From sequence record NC_042018.1: a stretch of 64,000 nucleotides of DNA, one strand, 5' to 3'. Each line of letters opens with the position of its first letter. Position 1 is the first letter of the stretch. A model generated the notes under the pieces. The model was not told the DNA's origin. It saw only the letters and a list, made by a program, of their open reading frames with translations, and made no database searches. This document shows positions 9,992 to 18,184 of this stretch, piece after piece. The position numbers and the translations under genes were made by a program.

Positions 9992-10660
9992 ATGAGCAAC
10001 ACCACTAATCCAGTAATTGCAATGGGTATCCAGAGCCGTATGGAACTGGTCCAAACCATCAAAGAAGCTGAACAGCGTTTAGCGATGGCACAAGAAACCA
10101 TTAAGCAGGCCAATGAAGCTATTGCTTCACTCGATGACTTCTTTGGTAAAGATGACGCTTACCGCAAGGTACAAGAGATCTTCTCTGGTACTGCAGAAGA
10201 GTTCTATGGTCGTGCTCGTACCTTTACCACCAACCTGTTGTCTGAACTCATTGAACATCATCAAAGCCATGAACGTTCCGCTGTGATGAAGAGCAACTGG
10301 CAAGACAACATCCGCCGTCTGGAAGGGATGGAATACTCTGAAGAGATGTTCGAACAGACCGGCGTGTGGCAGAGCCTGGGTGGGTTACTGAATAACCTGA
10401 TGTCTGTTGTTACACCAGAAGGTGAGAAAAGTCAAGAGCTGCGCATGTTTATCACACGCTGCATGCAGCTGGCCACAACAGTACCGCAGAGCTTCTACGC
10501 TGGTGCTACGGACTTCTCTCGTGGTAACCTCAATCCGTTGAACAACCGTAACAATCGCATGATGGGTGGTCGTTACAATAACGGGGTATTAGGTAACGGC
10601 ATGGCTGCGCCGGGTAACCCAATGCCTGGTGGTCGTCCTACTGACTTTGATCGCTGGTAA
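9992..10660 (+). CDS. hypothetical coiled-coil protein with an N/G/M-rich disordered C-terminus
   Basis: 222 aa, AAAGGA SD, heptad-like N-terminus, tail NNRNNRMMGGRYNNGVLGNGMAAPGNPMPGG. Confidence 0.6.
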   Translation: MSNTTNPVIAMGIQSRMELVQTIKEAEQRLAMAQETIKQANEAIASLDDFFGKDDAYRKVQEIFSGTAEEFYGRARTFTTNLLSELIEHHQSHERSAVMKSNWQDNIRRLEGMEYSEEMFEQTGVWQSLGGLLNNLMSVVTPEGEKSQELRMFITRCMQLATTVPQSFYAGATDFSRGNLNPLNNRNNRMMGGRYNNGVLGNGMAAPGNPMPGGRPTDFDRW

Positions 10661-10669
10661 TCTATAACG

Positions 10670-10697
10670 CTACTCCTACCCGTTTGGGTAGGAGTAG
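10670..10697 (+). terminator. intrinsic terminator
   Basis: CTACTCCTACCC-gttt-GGGTAGGAGTAG followed by a T-rich tract. Confidence 0.75.
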
Positions 10698-10848
10698 TTT
10701 ACTTATATATTTTATGTTTTTTGTAACTGTCTCGTAAGTTTTTACCGACGGATAAATATCCTATGTCTTTCCGTTTCGTCATCTCTCTTTTTCTTACCTA
10801 AATTTCCTCCATAAATTACTCTAAAAAGTGGTTTACGGAGGGGGTTTG

Positions 10849-10882
10849 GGGGAGGACAAGAGAACGGGAGGACAAGAGAACA
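10849..10882. repeat. perfect 17-nt tandem duplication
   Basis: GGGGAGGACAAGAGAAC at 10849-10865 and again at 10866-10882. Confidence 0.85.
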
Positions 10883-11274
10883 GTTTCGAACAGTTTTGAA
10901 AGTTTTGGGGCCGCTGCCCCAGGTTACATAAGTTAACTAAGAGAATAAGAATAATTATAATAAATACATTAAGAGAATAAGATCAGATCGGATCCGGGAA
11001 AACGTTAATTAGCTAACTATCCTTAGGGGTAGTTAGAGAGAAGGATTATGATCAGAGACAGAGAGTAAGCTTAACTATAGTTAAGGGATAGAGAGTAGGG
11101 ATCAGGAGAAGAGCATACAGGGATCCTGTTATAGGGAATACCAGTAATTCTTCATAGTGAGCTTTATAGTTATAACCAGATAATATGTCTAGGGTAAAGT
11201 CCTCTGGATATACATTACTTAATAATCATAATAGTTCATTTAAGATACTGTTATTGTAAGGATATAGCAAGTCA

Positions 11275-11763
11275 ATGAATACATACAGCAAGAAAGAGCT
11301 TCAGAAACAATTAGCTGACGTAGAGAATCAGTTAGTGGAGCTGAACAAGAAGAAAGACCAACTGCAGAAACAGTTAAGCCGGAAAGAGCTTATCCTGCCG
11401 TTCTGCGTAAAACGGAACGACAGCCAGATTCTGATGCAGGGTGGGGATGAGATGCCTAGCACGCTGTATGCGAATCTGCACTGCGCATTAACCCGGGAAG
11501 GGAAACGTATTACCCCGCTGAACTTAACGCGTCTGTGGGGCTTATACGCCATTACCAAGCAGTTTACAGCAGACAAGAAGGACGGAGCCTTTAGCCTGCA
11601 GACCAGCATTGGCAAGAAGTGGTACATTAGCGTGTTCTGGGAAGGCAATACCCAGGTAGTACGGTTACTGAAAGAAGGCACCAGTAAACCCATTCACGTT
11701 AACCTGAAGTACCGCTTTACCTTGAGCGAGCTGATTCTTTGCTTGGACATCATGAGTCGTTGA
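11275..11763 (+). CDS. hypothetical protein with N-terminal coiled coil
   Basis: 162 aa ORF, AAGGA SD, TACATTAC motif upstream at 11211. Confidence 0.55.
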   Translation: MNTYSKKELQKQLADVENQLVELNKKKDQLQKQLSRKELILPFCVKRNDSQILMQGGDEMPSTLYANLHCALTREGKRITPLNLTRLWGLYAITKQFTADKKDGAFSLQTSIGKKWYISVFWEGNTQVVRLLKEGTSKPIHVNLKYRFTLSELILCLDIMSR

Positions 11764-11840
11764 TACCTCTGGGAAACGGACTTCCCCTTTAACGTTCTAT
11801 TTTACCAGAAGCAGGACACAAATTAGGACAACCCCCCTCC

Positions 11841-12311
11841 ATGAAAACAGCGGAACTCGATTTAAAACAGTGGATGCGTAAAACGTTGGAGAACCAAATC
11901 CAACACAACCAACGCATAGGCACCCAGCTGCAGGACAATACCAGCAAGCTCGAAGCCCAGATAGCCCAACTCGACACCGACACCGAGTTACTGGTGGCTA
12001 ACCTGAAAGCCGAACTCAACGACAACGAATACACGGCCTTACGGAAAGCCATGAAAGAAGCCGGCGTAAACGACCACTTCTACCTGGCGGTCTGTACCAG
12101 TATCCACAGCTATTGCCGATTAGGGGTAGACCTGGAACACGTGGTGAAACTACCGAAGCGCCATTTGATTCTGAATACCAGCCCCAACTATTTCCATTTC
12201 TATTTCTTCCCCTACAAGTACCGACTCGAACGGCACCTGATAGAGAGCGAAGATTTAACGGCGTGGTTTGCGTGGCTCCTGAGCATGCTGATTAACGAAT
12301 TTAAAATGTAA
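11841..12311 (+). CDS. hypothetical protein
   Basis: 156 aa ORF, AGGA SD, coiled-coil N-terminus. Confidence 0.55.
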   Translation: MKTAELDLKQWMRKTLENQIQHNQRIGTQLQDNTSKLEAQIAQLDTDTELLVANLKAELNDNEYTALRKAMKEAGVNDHFYLAVCTSIHSYCRLGVDLEHVVKLPKRHLILNTSPNYFHFYFFPYKYRLERHLIESEDLTAWFAWLLSMLINEFKM

Positions 12312-12324
12312 TTCTTTTTGGTCC

Positions 12325-12339
12325 TATATTACTAGGGTG
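12325..12339 (+). promoter_or_regulatory. early (virion RNAP) promoter, TATATTAC type
   Basis: Exact TATATTAC (phiKZ early consensus) followed by TAGGGTG, with a T-rich upstream tract. Confidence 0.65.
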
Positions 12340-12378
12340 AATACTTCCCTGTTATTAATTTATTTAAAGGATAACTCA

Positions 12379-13125
12379 ATGTCTACTTCCAATGCTAAAA
12401 TGAAACCGTCTGTTCGCAAACTGTACGAAGACCGTCTGCTGAAAGCCCAGGACCACCTGGCGACGTTAACGATTGCCCGCGATAATCTGCAGGCCGCGAT
12501 TGAGCAGGCGCAGGACGACGTGGTAAGTCTGGAACGTACCCTGGCTGACGATGAAGTACTGGGTCATCTCACTTTCCTTTCGCCGACCAGTAGAGGTTTA
12601 ACCCAGCTTTGTCGGAACATCGAACAAGGGGTAGCTGTAATTAAGAAAACCGAACAGGCACAACAGTCCCAATCTGAGCCATGCGGAATGATTGCAGTAC
12701 CGTTCAGTCATATCTTCCGTATGATCGTCAACGCTTATGATGACTCAGCCACGACACCTGACCAGCCTGAGTCTGAGCAGTTTATGACCATGGCTGCTCA
12801 TGTTCCGTTTTATCATGAGTGTGCACAGCAGTCTCAGCCCGAGTCTATACTGACCAGCCTGAAACCAACTAAACCCACACCGGATACAGTGTCTCGTGTT
12901 GAACAAGCTCAAGCCATCGTGCAACAGCTGAATATCGACGACCTGGTCATTGCAAATCACTTGATTGAATTACTGGACGGTCTGAAATACGATATTCCTC
13001 TCATCACACCCGACAGAATCTGTGAACTGGCTGTGCAAAACTTTGAAGGCATACACCGTCGTGAACATTGCACACCGATGCAAGACCACGGGTTCCGTTT
13101 CTACGTAATGACCGGCCGTAAATAA
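12379..13125 (+). CDS. hypothetical early protein
   Basis: ORF 12337..13125. ATG 12379 follows AAAGGA; the track's GTG start lies inside the promoter motif. Confidence 0.6.
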   Translation: MSTSNAKMKPSVRKLYEDRLLKAQDHLATLTIARDNLQAAIEQAQDDVVSLERTLADDEVLGHLTFLSPTSRGLTQLCRNIEQGVAVIKKTEQAQQSQSEPCGMIAVPFSHIFRMIVNAYDDSATTPDQPESEQFMTMAAHVPFYHECAQQSQPESILTSLKPTKPTPDTVSRVEQAQAIVQQLNIDDLVIANHLIELLDGLKYDIPLITPDRICELAVQNFEGIHRREHCTPMQDHGFRFYVMTGRK

Positions 13126-13549
13126 ATAATTGGGTGGCGGATATTATAACCCAGGAGTCACTGTGCATTATATGCTTAAGTGAGGACTGTGTGTTGCTGG
13201 TACTTTCACTACCGGTAACGAATTGCCCGCCACTGCCATTTAAAACCTATTTTGGGTATATGTTATTGTTAGAAGATTTGAGAGTGCTGATCACCTTTTC
13301 CGTGGCACTCTCATTTTTATTTTTGTTTATTTTTTTGTATGTGTATCTTATACGGAGAATAATTACCTGAGTAGTTTGACTGCGAAAAGTTTCGGGTTCG
13401 CTCTGCAGCTGAATGTCAACAGCCAACACCTCAAACAAAATTTTCGTTATCATCATTTTAAACGGATTTAGTCGCCACCACCGGGGAAGCCTGGGATTAT
13501 CCGGTTAAACTACTCACATAATTCTTTTTAGTGTATGTTATACACAACC

Positions 13550-14275
13550 GAACTGAAGCACCATAGCAATCTGGACTCGTCGCCTAGAGCTGCGTTTGAC
13601 TTTTTCTTTAAACCATGGCCTGGCTTGTTGAGTAACCAACGGCAGACTTTGGGTTGTCTTGTTCAGTCTATTGTGCTTCACCCCTTTACCGTTTTCAGCG
13701 CCTGATGTGATTCCAGAGTCGGGTTCCTGCTTTTGTTGAAAACGGTCCTTCTTGCCGGTGCTCTCTGCACTCACGGTGAAATCTCCATTTACCACGCCCC
13801 CTGATTAGGGTTTCGGAGAGTACTGGCAAACCTTTCCTCGGTATGTCGTTTACATGTCTGCGCTTAACCTTTGTGAGAGCGCGGGGCGCATGATTCGGCA
13901 ACCCTGGTTACGAGCACTTTATATCTTTCTGCTCACAATCCCTCCCTCAGGCACATGGCCGGGAAACGGAGGGTCCATCTGATGTGCAACGGAGACGGGT
14001 CTGTTGAACTTGCGCGAAAAGATACGGGCTGCCTTTTAATGTGTAATCCCTCAAAGCGAATGTGGGAGATAGCATCCAGACCCAAAGGCGGTCAAGTTGT
14101 TAAAACAAGTAGCCCGAGAATGAGAGGGCGAACGGAGTATGCAGCCTGTTGGCTAGCTCGGGAATTGAGTCGACCGATACCCGAATTGGCCAATGGAGTG
14201 TTTACTTTCAGACGGTGACACTAGTGGAAGCATCAGTCGGTGATGCAACTGCAGCGGAAAACAGACAAAGCTTAT
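13550..14275 (+). ncRNA. candidate large structured non-coding RNA, class unknown
   Basis: No credible ORF. A series of long stems with G-U pairs on the + strand: 13554-13576/13661-13680, 13689-13700/13734-13745, 13752-13766/13815-13829, 14025-14040/14099-14116, 14230-14246. Ends at a terminator. Confidence 0.65.
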
Positions 14276-14289
14276 TTTTCTATCCTTTA

Positions 14290-14323
14290 GTTACTCTTGG
14301 CCTAGGCCAAGAGTAACATTTTT
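14290..14323 (+). terminator. intrinsic terminator closing the candidate ncRNA
   Basis: Perfect 28-nt inverted repeat GTTACTCTTGGCCT/AGGCCAAGAGTAAC followed by ATTTTT. Confidence 0.75.
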
Positions 14324-14394
14324 CTATGTTTGCTATTTTTATTTTTTCACTGATTGGTTAAGTATATTAGCGGGACCCTAAAGATTTTTACCTC

Positions 14395-14409
14395 TATATT
14401 ACCAGGGTG
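14395..14409 (+). promoter_or_regulatory. early promoter of phuZ (TATATTAC)
   Basis: GATTTTTACCTC-TATATTAC-CAGGGTG. Confidence 0.65.
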
Positions 14410-14451
14410 TATAGGCAACTGCAATTAATCCATTTAATCAAGGAGAAGTAC

Positions 14452-15417
14452 ATGTCTGAATTACAATACTACCTGTGTGGCGGCGCTGGCATCTCTATCG
14501 GTGTGGCTCTGAAACAACAGACCAACACGGCGGCTAACCGCACAGCTAAGATGGTCGGCATCGACAGCTCTGACCGCAACGACTCTGACGGCCTCTTCCC
14601 GGTAGTACGTATGGAAGGCACGCGCGGTTCTGGTAAAGTGAAATCCACCAACGCCGAACCGATGAAACCGTTCCTGGCAGAAGTGCTGACCCAACACAAA
14701 CCGGCCAGCTTCAACATCATCGTCTGTAACGCCGCTGGCGGTACCGGTTCCCTGATGGCAACCTACCTGCTTCAGAAACTCGTCGCTGCAGGTAAAGTGG
14801 TATTCCTCTGCCTGGCATCTGACGAGACCAGTCAGAAAGAGTTCGAGAACGTCATCTCCACCAAACGTTCTTTCGCTGCCCAGACTGAGAAAAACCAACT
14901 CGACGTGCCGGTTCCGTATCTGGACATTGTTCAGACGCCGGACATGACCCGTGGTGATGCAAACCGCCGTATCGTTAACCAGCTCGATCTGTTGAGCCTG
15001 TTCGCAACTGAAACCAATGAAGAAGTGGATTATCAAGACATCTTGTCTATGGTCCGCTACTCCAAAACCTGTAACGTTGCGCCGGCGCTGAGCAAAATCA
15101 CTTTCCACGATCAGGAAACGGCCCGCTCCTATACCGGTAAAGTTCCGGTAGCAGTGTGCTCGCTGTTTGATAACCGCGACGCGGTAGCGCCGTTGTTTGA
15201 AGGTTGCGTATACCGTGCAACCGGTGTGTTCAACAAATCCAACAACCCACCGGCTGATCTGAAAGAGATTCACATGGTCTTTGACCACGGTGAAGCAATC
15301 GACGAGCTGAAGGAGCGCATGGAATTGCTGAACGACCGCAAAATCGTAACAGCCAACAAGTACTCTGAAGTTGACAAAGTCAGCGACGGTGCCGACGATT
15401 CCGGCGTGTTCTACTAA
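14452..15417 (+). CDS. phuZ: PhuZ phage tubulin
   Basis: CGGAGISIG nucleotide-binding loop, AAGGTGS tubulin signature, acidic C-terminal tail DDSGVFY, ~321 aa. ATG 14452 follows AAGGAG. Confidence 0.92.
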   Translation: MSELQYYLCGGAGISIGVALKQQTNTAANRTAKMVGIDSSDRNDSDGLFPVVRMEGTRGSGKVKSTNAEPMKPFLAEVLTQHKPASFNIIVCNAAGGTGSLMATYLLQKLVAAGKVVFLCLASDETSQKEFENVISTKRSFAAQTEKNQLDVPVPYLDIVQTPDMTRGDANRRIVNQLDLLSLFATETNEEVDYQDILSMVRYSKTCNVAPALSKITFHDQETARSYTGKVPVAVCSLFDNRDAVAPLFEGCVYRATGVFNKSNNPPADLKEIHMVFDHGEAIDELKERMELLNDRKIVTANKYSEVDKVSDGADDSGVFY

Positions 15418-15492
15418 TCATTAAATCTTACTGCCCTCTCTCCTATATAGGAGAGAGGGTAAGTTCACTTAGTTTTAAAAAGGGGTGTTATC

Positions 15493-15783
15493 GTGTCTAA
15501 GCGCTTCTCTATTAATTTAAAATCACTTAGCATACCCCAACCTACAGACGGTACGCAAGTCTTCTCAGAAGACCTCTCAGGCATGAGTATCTTATGTCTT
15601 GTTTTGTCACAGTTGGGGTTCCGCATAGTCCCGCTAGCTACCATCGTCGAAGGAGTAGATGAAAGGTACATCAATGAGTTGTATAATTTGATCGTCCCGA
15701 ACGTAATTGGAATACCGTCTGGTGCAGCCGCTGAGGTTATCCCCATTAATTTTAACAATTATTTAATTCAGTTCACCTACTGA
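15493..15783 (+). CDS. small hypothetical protein
   Basis: 96 aa, GTG start, first gene of a tightly packed cluster. Confidence 0.45.
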   Translation: MSKRFSINLKSLSIPQPTDGTQVFSEDLSGMSILCLVLSQLGFRIVPLATIVEGVDERYINELYNLIVPNVIGIPSGAAAEVIPINFNNYLIQFTY

Positions 15784-15792
15784 GGACGACTC

Positions 15793-16278
15793 ATGTATCC
15801 CGTAGATATAGTCAATTTAGCCAAGATGTTACGTACAGGCTCTGTAGAGGCTTCCCTGGATGCCGTTTGCATTTATGCCGAGCGCGCCATGGAACACGTT
15901 GTGGAACTTGTCAACCTGAACGATCCGCTTCAGGAGAACATCTTAATTGACGATTTGATAATGATGTACGAGGTGATTCTCCCCGGCATCGATACTGTCA
16001 GCATCATCAAAGATTATGTTACCGACGTCCGCGAAGCGATGAAACGCAATTACTGGGATCCGCGGTGTAAGGTTAAGCTTATCAAACAACGTTTGAACAA
16101 GCGGTACTACCGTGTACATATCGTTATGGATTTAGAGTTGACGGCAGCCAATCTGTACAACAGCGTGGTGGACTCATCTGTTCCGGTTCACCTGGAAGAC
16201 GTCGTCGATGATAATCCGAGTCCGGAGTTATTGGCCCAATATGAACAGAAATATACCGACCACAAATCCGACGAGTGA
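15793..16278 (+). CDS. hypothetical protein
   Basis: 161 aa, GAGGA SD. Confidence 0.6.
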   Translation: MYPVDIVNLAKMLRTGSVEASLDAVCIYAERAMEHVVELVNLNDPLQENILIDDLIMMYEVILPGIDTVSIIKDYVTDVREAMKRNYWDPRCKVKLIKQRLNKRYYRVHIVMDLELTAANLYNSVVDSSVPVHLEDVVDDNPSPELLAQYEQKYTDHKSDE

Positions 16279-16774
16279 AGAACAGCCGGTACTGAATCAG
16301 TTCATTTTCCCGTTACGTCCTTTGCAACAATATTTGTTAGAAGAACTACCACGGCGCAATATTAATAAAGAGAACATCGGTAACCAAATGGTACCGTTAA
16401 TGGGGGCCGTCATTCAAGAAACAGTGGATGACTTTGGTGTCCGCGGCATTAGCTTAGATGAAGAACGGTTTACAACCCGTCGGTTATCCGGCATGTATTT
16501 AATGTACGATGACCGCATGGACCTTGTTGATGAGTGTCAACGGATGTTACACGCCGGTGTCTATGGCATGTCAGAGTTTACCTACTTTGAATACCCATGG
16601 TATTACCGTTTGTTGAACCTCGACTACCTCCTCTTAAAAATAGATAAGCGAGACCTCGTATGCCCACCCCCATCCGAAACCCTAATCAAGCCAACCGATA
16701 CACCATCACCGTCCAACATTATCTCCAGCAGTGGGACGCTCAACTTATCTCACATGCTGAAAACGTTGGATTAG
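16241..16774 (+). CDS. hypothetical protein
   Basis: ORF 16208..16774. Start uncertain; ATG 16241 used. Confidence 0.5.
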   Translation: MNRNIPTTNPTSEEQPVLNQFIFPLRPLQQYLLEELPRRNINKENIGNQMVPLMGAVIQETVDDFGVRGISLDEERFTTRRLSGMYLMYDDRMDLVDECQRMLHAGVYGMSEFTYFEYPWYYRLLNLDYLLLKIDKRDLVCPPPSETLIKPTDTPSPSNIISSSGTLNLSHMLKTLD

Positions 16775-17004
16775 GCAATGCGTTGCTGGCGGCGTTAGTA
16801 GGGTCTGCTATTAATAAACAGGCGTTTGACCTGGAAACTTGGTTGATTGACATTGGTGTCGATGAAGTTGCCCGTACCTATTTTATCTTGACCCATCAAT
16901 TGACCGTCGAGCAAATCTTCATGGATTTGTCAAACTTTGTTGCTGTTCACGCCGTGGTATCGTGGAACATTGTTTCCGGTACACTTATCATGGAGGTTAT
17001 ATGA
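16660..17004 (+). CDS. hypothetical protein
   Basis: 114 aa, overlaps both neighbours, stop coupled to the next start. Confidence 0.5.
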   Translation: MPTPIRNPNQANRYTITVQHYLQQWDAQLISHAENVGLGNALLAALVGSAINKQAFDLETWLIDIGVDEVARTYFILTHQLTVEQIFMDLSNFVAVHAVVSWNIVSGTLIMEVI

Positions 17005-17345
17005 ATACTGTTCCTCACCGTCTGATGAAAACGCACCACATCAAAATCCCGCCCAGCACCGACGTGCAGAATCTGTTGGGATGTTATAACAACCTCTTTA
17101 TTGCTCGCGGAATTACATCGTGCATTCCGTTCACGAGCCAGGGGGACTTTACACATCCTATTCCAGAAAGTTACCAGCAATTGCTTAACGACTTCATGCA
17201 GATGAACACCACCCTTAACGGTCTGGCGATGTCATTTGAAGCAATTCAAGTAGACGACGTTAAAGTTCATCCCCAGGGCATGATGGCAACTTTCTTTTTC
17301 TCGATGCAGGAAAAGCAAGACAATGTCATATTTATTAACCAATAG
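17001..17345 (+). CDS. hypothetical protein
   Basis: ORF 16962..17345. ATG 17001 follows GGAGG and overlaps the upstream stop (ATGA). Confidence 0.55.
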   Translation: MNTVPHRLMKTHHIKIPPSTDVQNLLGCYNNLFIARGITSCIPFTSQGDFTHPIPESYQQLLNDFMQMNTTLNGLAMSFEAIQVDDVKVHPQGMMATFFFSMQEKQDNVIFINQ

Positions 17346-17697
17346 CCGGCCGCTGGATGTAGCACTTTACCTGCTGTATCGCGACCACCCCGATACGCCG
17401 CCAGAGCTGTTGTCAGAAAGCTGGTTATTTGATGCGTTGGACAATCACTTCCAGCGGTTATTTAATCCCTACTACGGCAATGACCCCGACGACGACCACG
17501 AACTCACGGCAGACAATATCTTTCAGGATCCGGATGAGACGTTGACAAAGATGCTATTAGGAGAGGTAAACGAAGGCGACGGTAACATTACCTACGCAGA
17601 AGTTTCACCGGCTCCTTTTCGTTTCGTTCACATTGAGGCACAAGCCTTTGTGTTTCCGTGTATCTTTGTTGACATCTATGGAGCTTTCCGACCATGA
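17323..17697 (+). CDS. hypothetical acidic protein
   Basis: 124 aa, coupled to its neighbours. Confidence 0.55.
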   Translation: MSYLLTNSRPLDVALYLLYRDHPDTPPELLSESWLFDALDNHFQRLFNPYYGNDPDDDHELTADNIFQDPDETLTKMLLGEVNEGDGNITYAEVSPAPFRFVHIEAQAFVFPCIFVDIYGAFRP

Positions 17698-18104
17698 TCA
17701 ATCCGAACATTGGAGATATTGTTGATTTCCAATTGGTTCAGAGTGGGATTTACGGTGACAAGCGCGTGGAGGTTAAAATAACCGGCTTGCTGGATTATAA
17801 CACCGCGCGCTTAATCGACCCGCAACTGAACAACAAACACACTGCCCTGTTCCCTTACTTCCGTGAGAGTGTAGGTAACGTAAATGACCCTGCTGCGTAT
17901 CAGTACATGGCAGTCACGAACTCTGCCGGCACCACAGAGATGGTGGGTCTGCCTTGGGTACTGGAAGCGACTTTTAAAGCCGTTACCTCACGTACTGCCA
18001 CCTATGTCATCCAGAACTTCCGCGAAGAGTTCCGGGCTCCTATTCAGCGTTTCCTCGCTGACCTGGGAGCGGTGTACACCATGGTCACCAACGACAAACA
18101 ATAA
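17694..18104 (+). CDS. hypothetical protein
   Basis: 136 aa, GGAG SD, ATGA overlap, followed by terminator 18112-18141. Confidence 0.6.
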   Translation: MINPNIGDIVDFQLVQSGIYGDKRVEVKITGLLDYNTARLIDPQLNNKHTALFPYFRESVGNVNDPAAYQYMAVTNSAGTTEMVGLPWVLEATFKAVTSRTATYVIQNFREEFRAPIQRFLADLGAVYTMVTNDKQ

Positions 18105-18184
18105 AACCTTACTACTCTTCCTATTAATGTAGGAAGAGTAGCTAACCTCTATTCGCTTTTTATTTTTTCGTAAGGATAACTGAC

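Noticed and set aside
10849-10910. Tandem repeats as a possible CRISPR or mini-array
   Set aside because: Only two adjacent copies with no spacers and no cas genes.
13134-13370. 78 aa hydrophobic ORF
   Set aside because: GTG start without a clear SD; the hydrophobicity comes from a T-rich, terminator-like tract. Not supported as a gene.
13465-13480. tRNA gene suggested by GTCGCCACCA
   Set aside because: No T-loop GTTCRA at the proper distance and no cloverleaf could be built.
13955-14218. 87 aa ORF and the other short ORFs (13538-13901) inside the structured region
   Set aside because: No SD, atypical codon and amino-acid use, and they overlap the stems. Better explained as chance ORFs in a structured RNA, though not formally excluded.
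14255-14280. AACAGACAAAGCTTAT resembling RNase P CR-V (ACAGAAnnnGGCTTA)
   Set aside because: No GAGGAAAGTCC CR-I element or canonical P4 partner was found, and the region is about twice RNase P length.
15793-17004. Frameshift fusions among the overlapping small ORFs
   Set aside because: No slippery heptamer at the overlaps; alternative internal ATG starts explain them.
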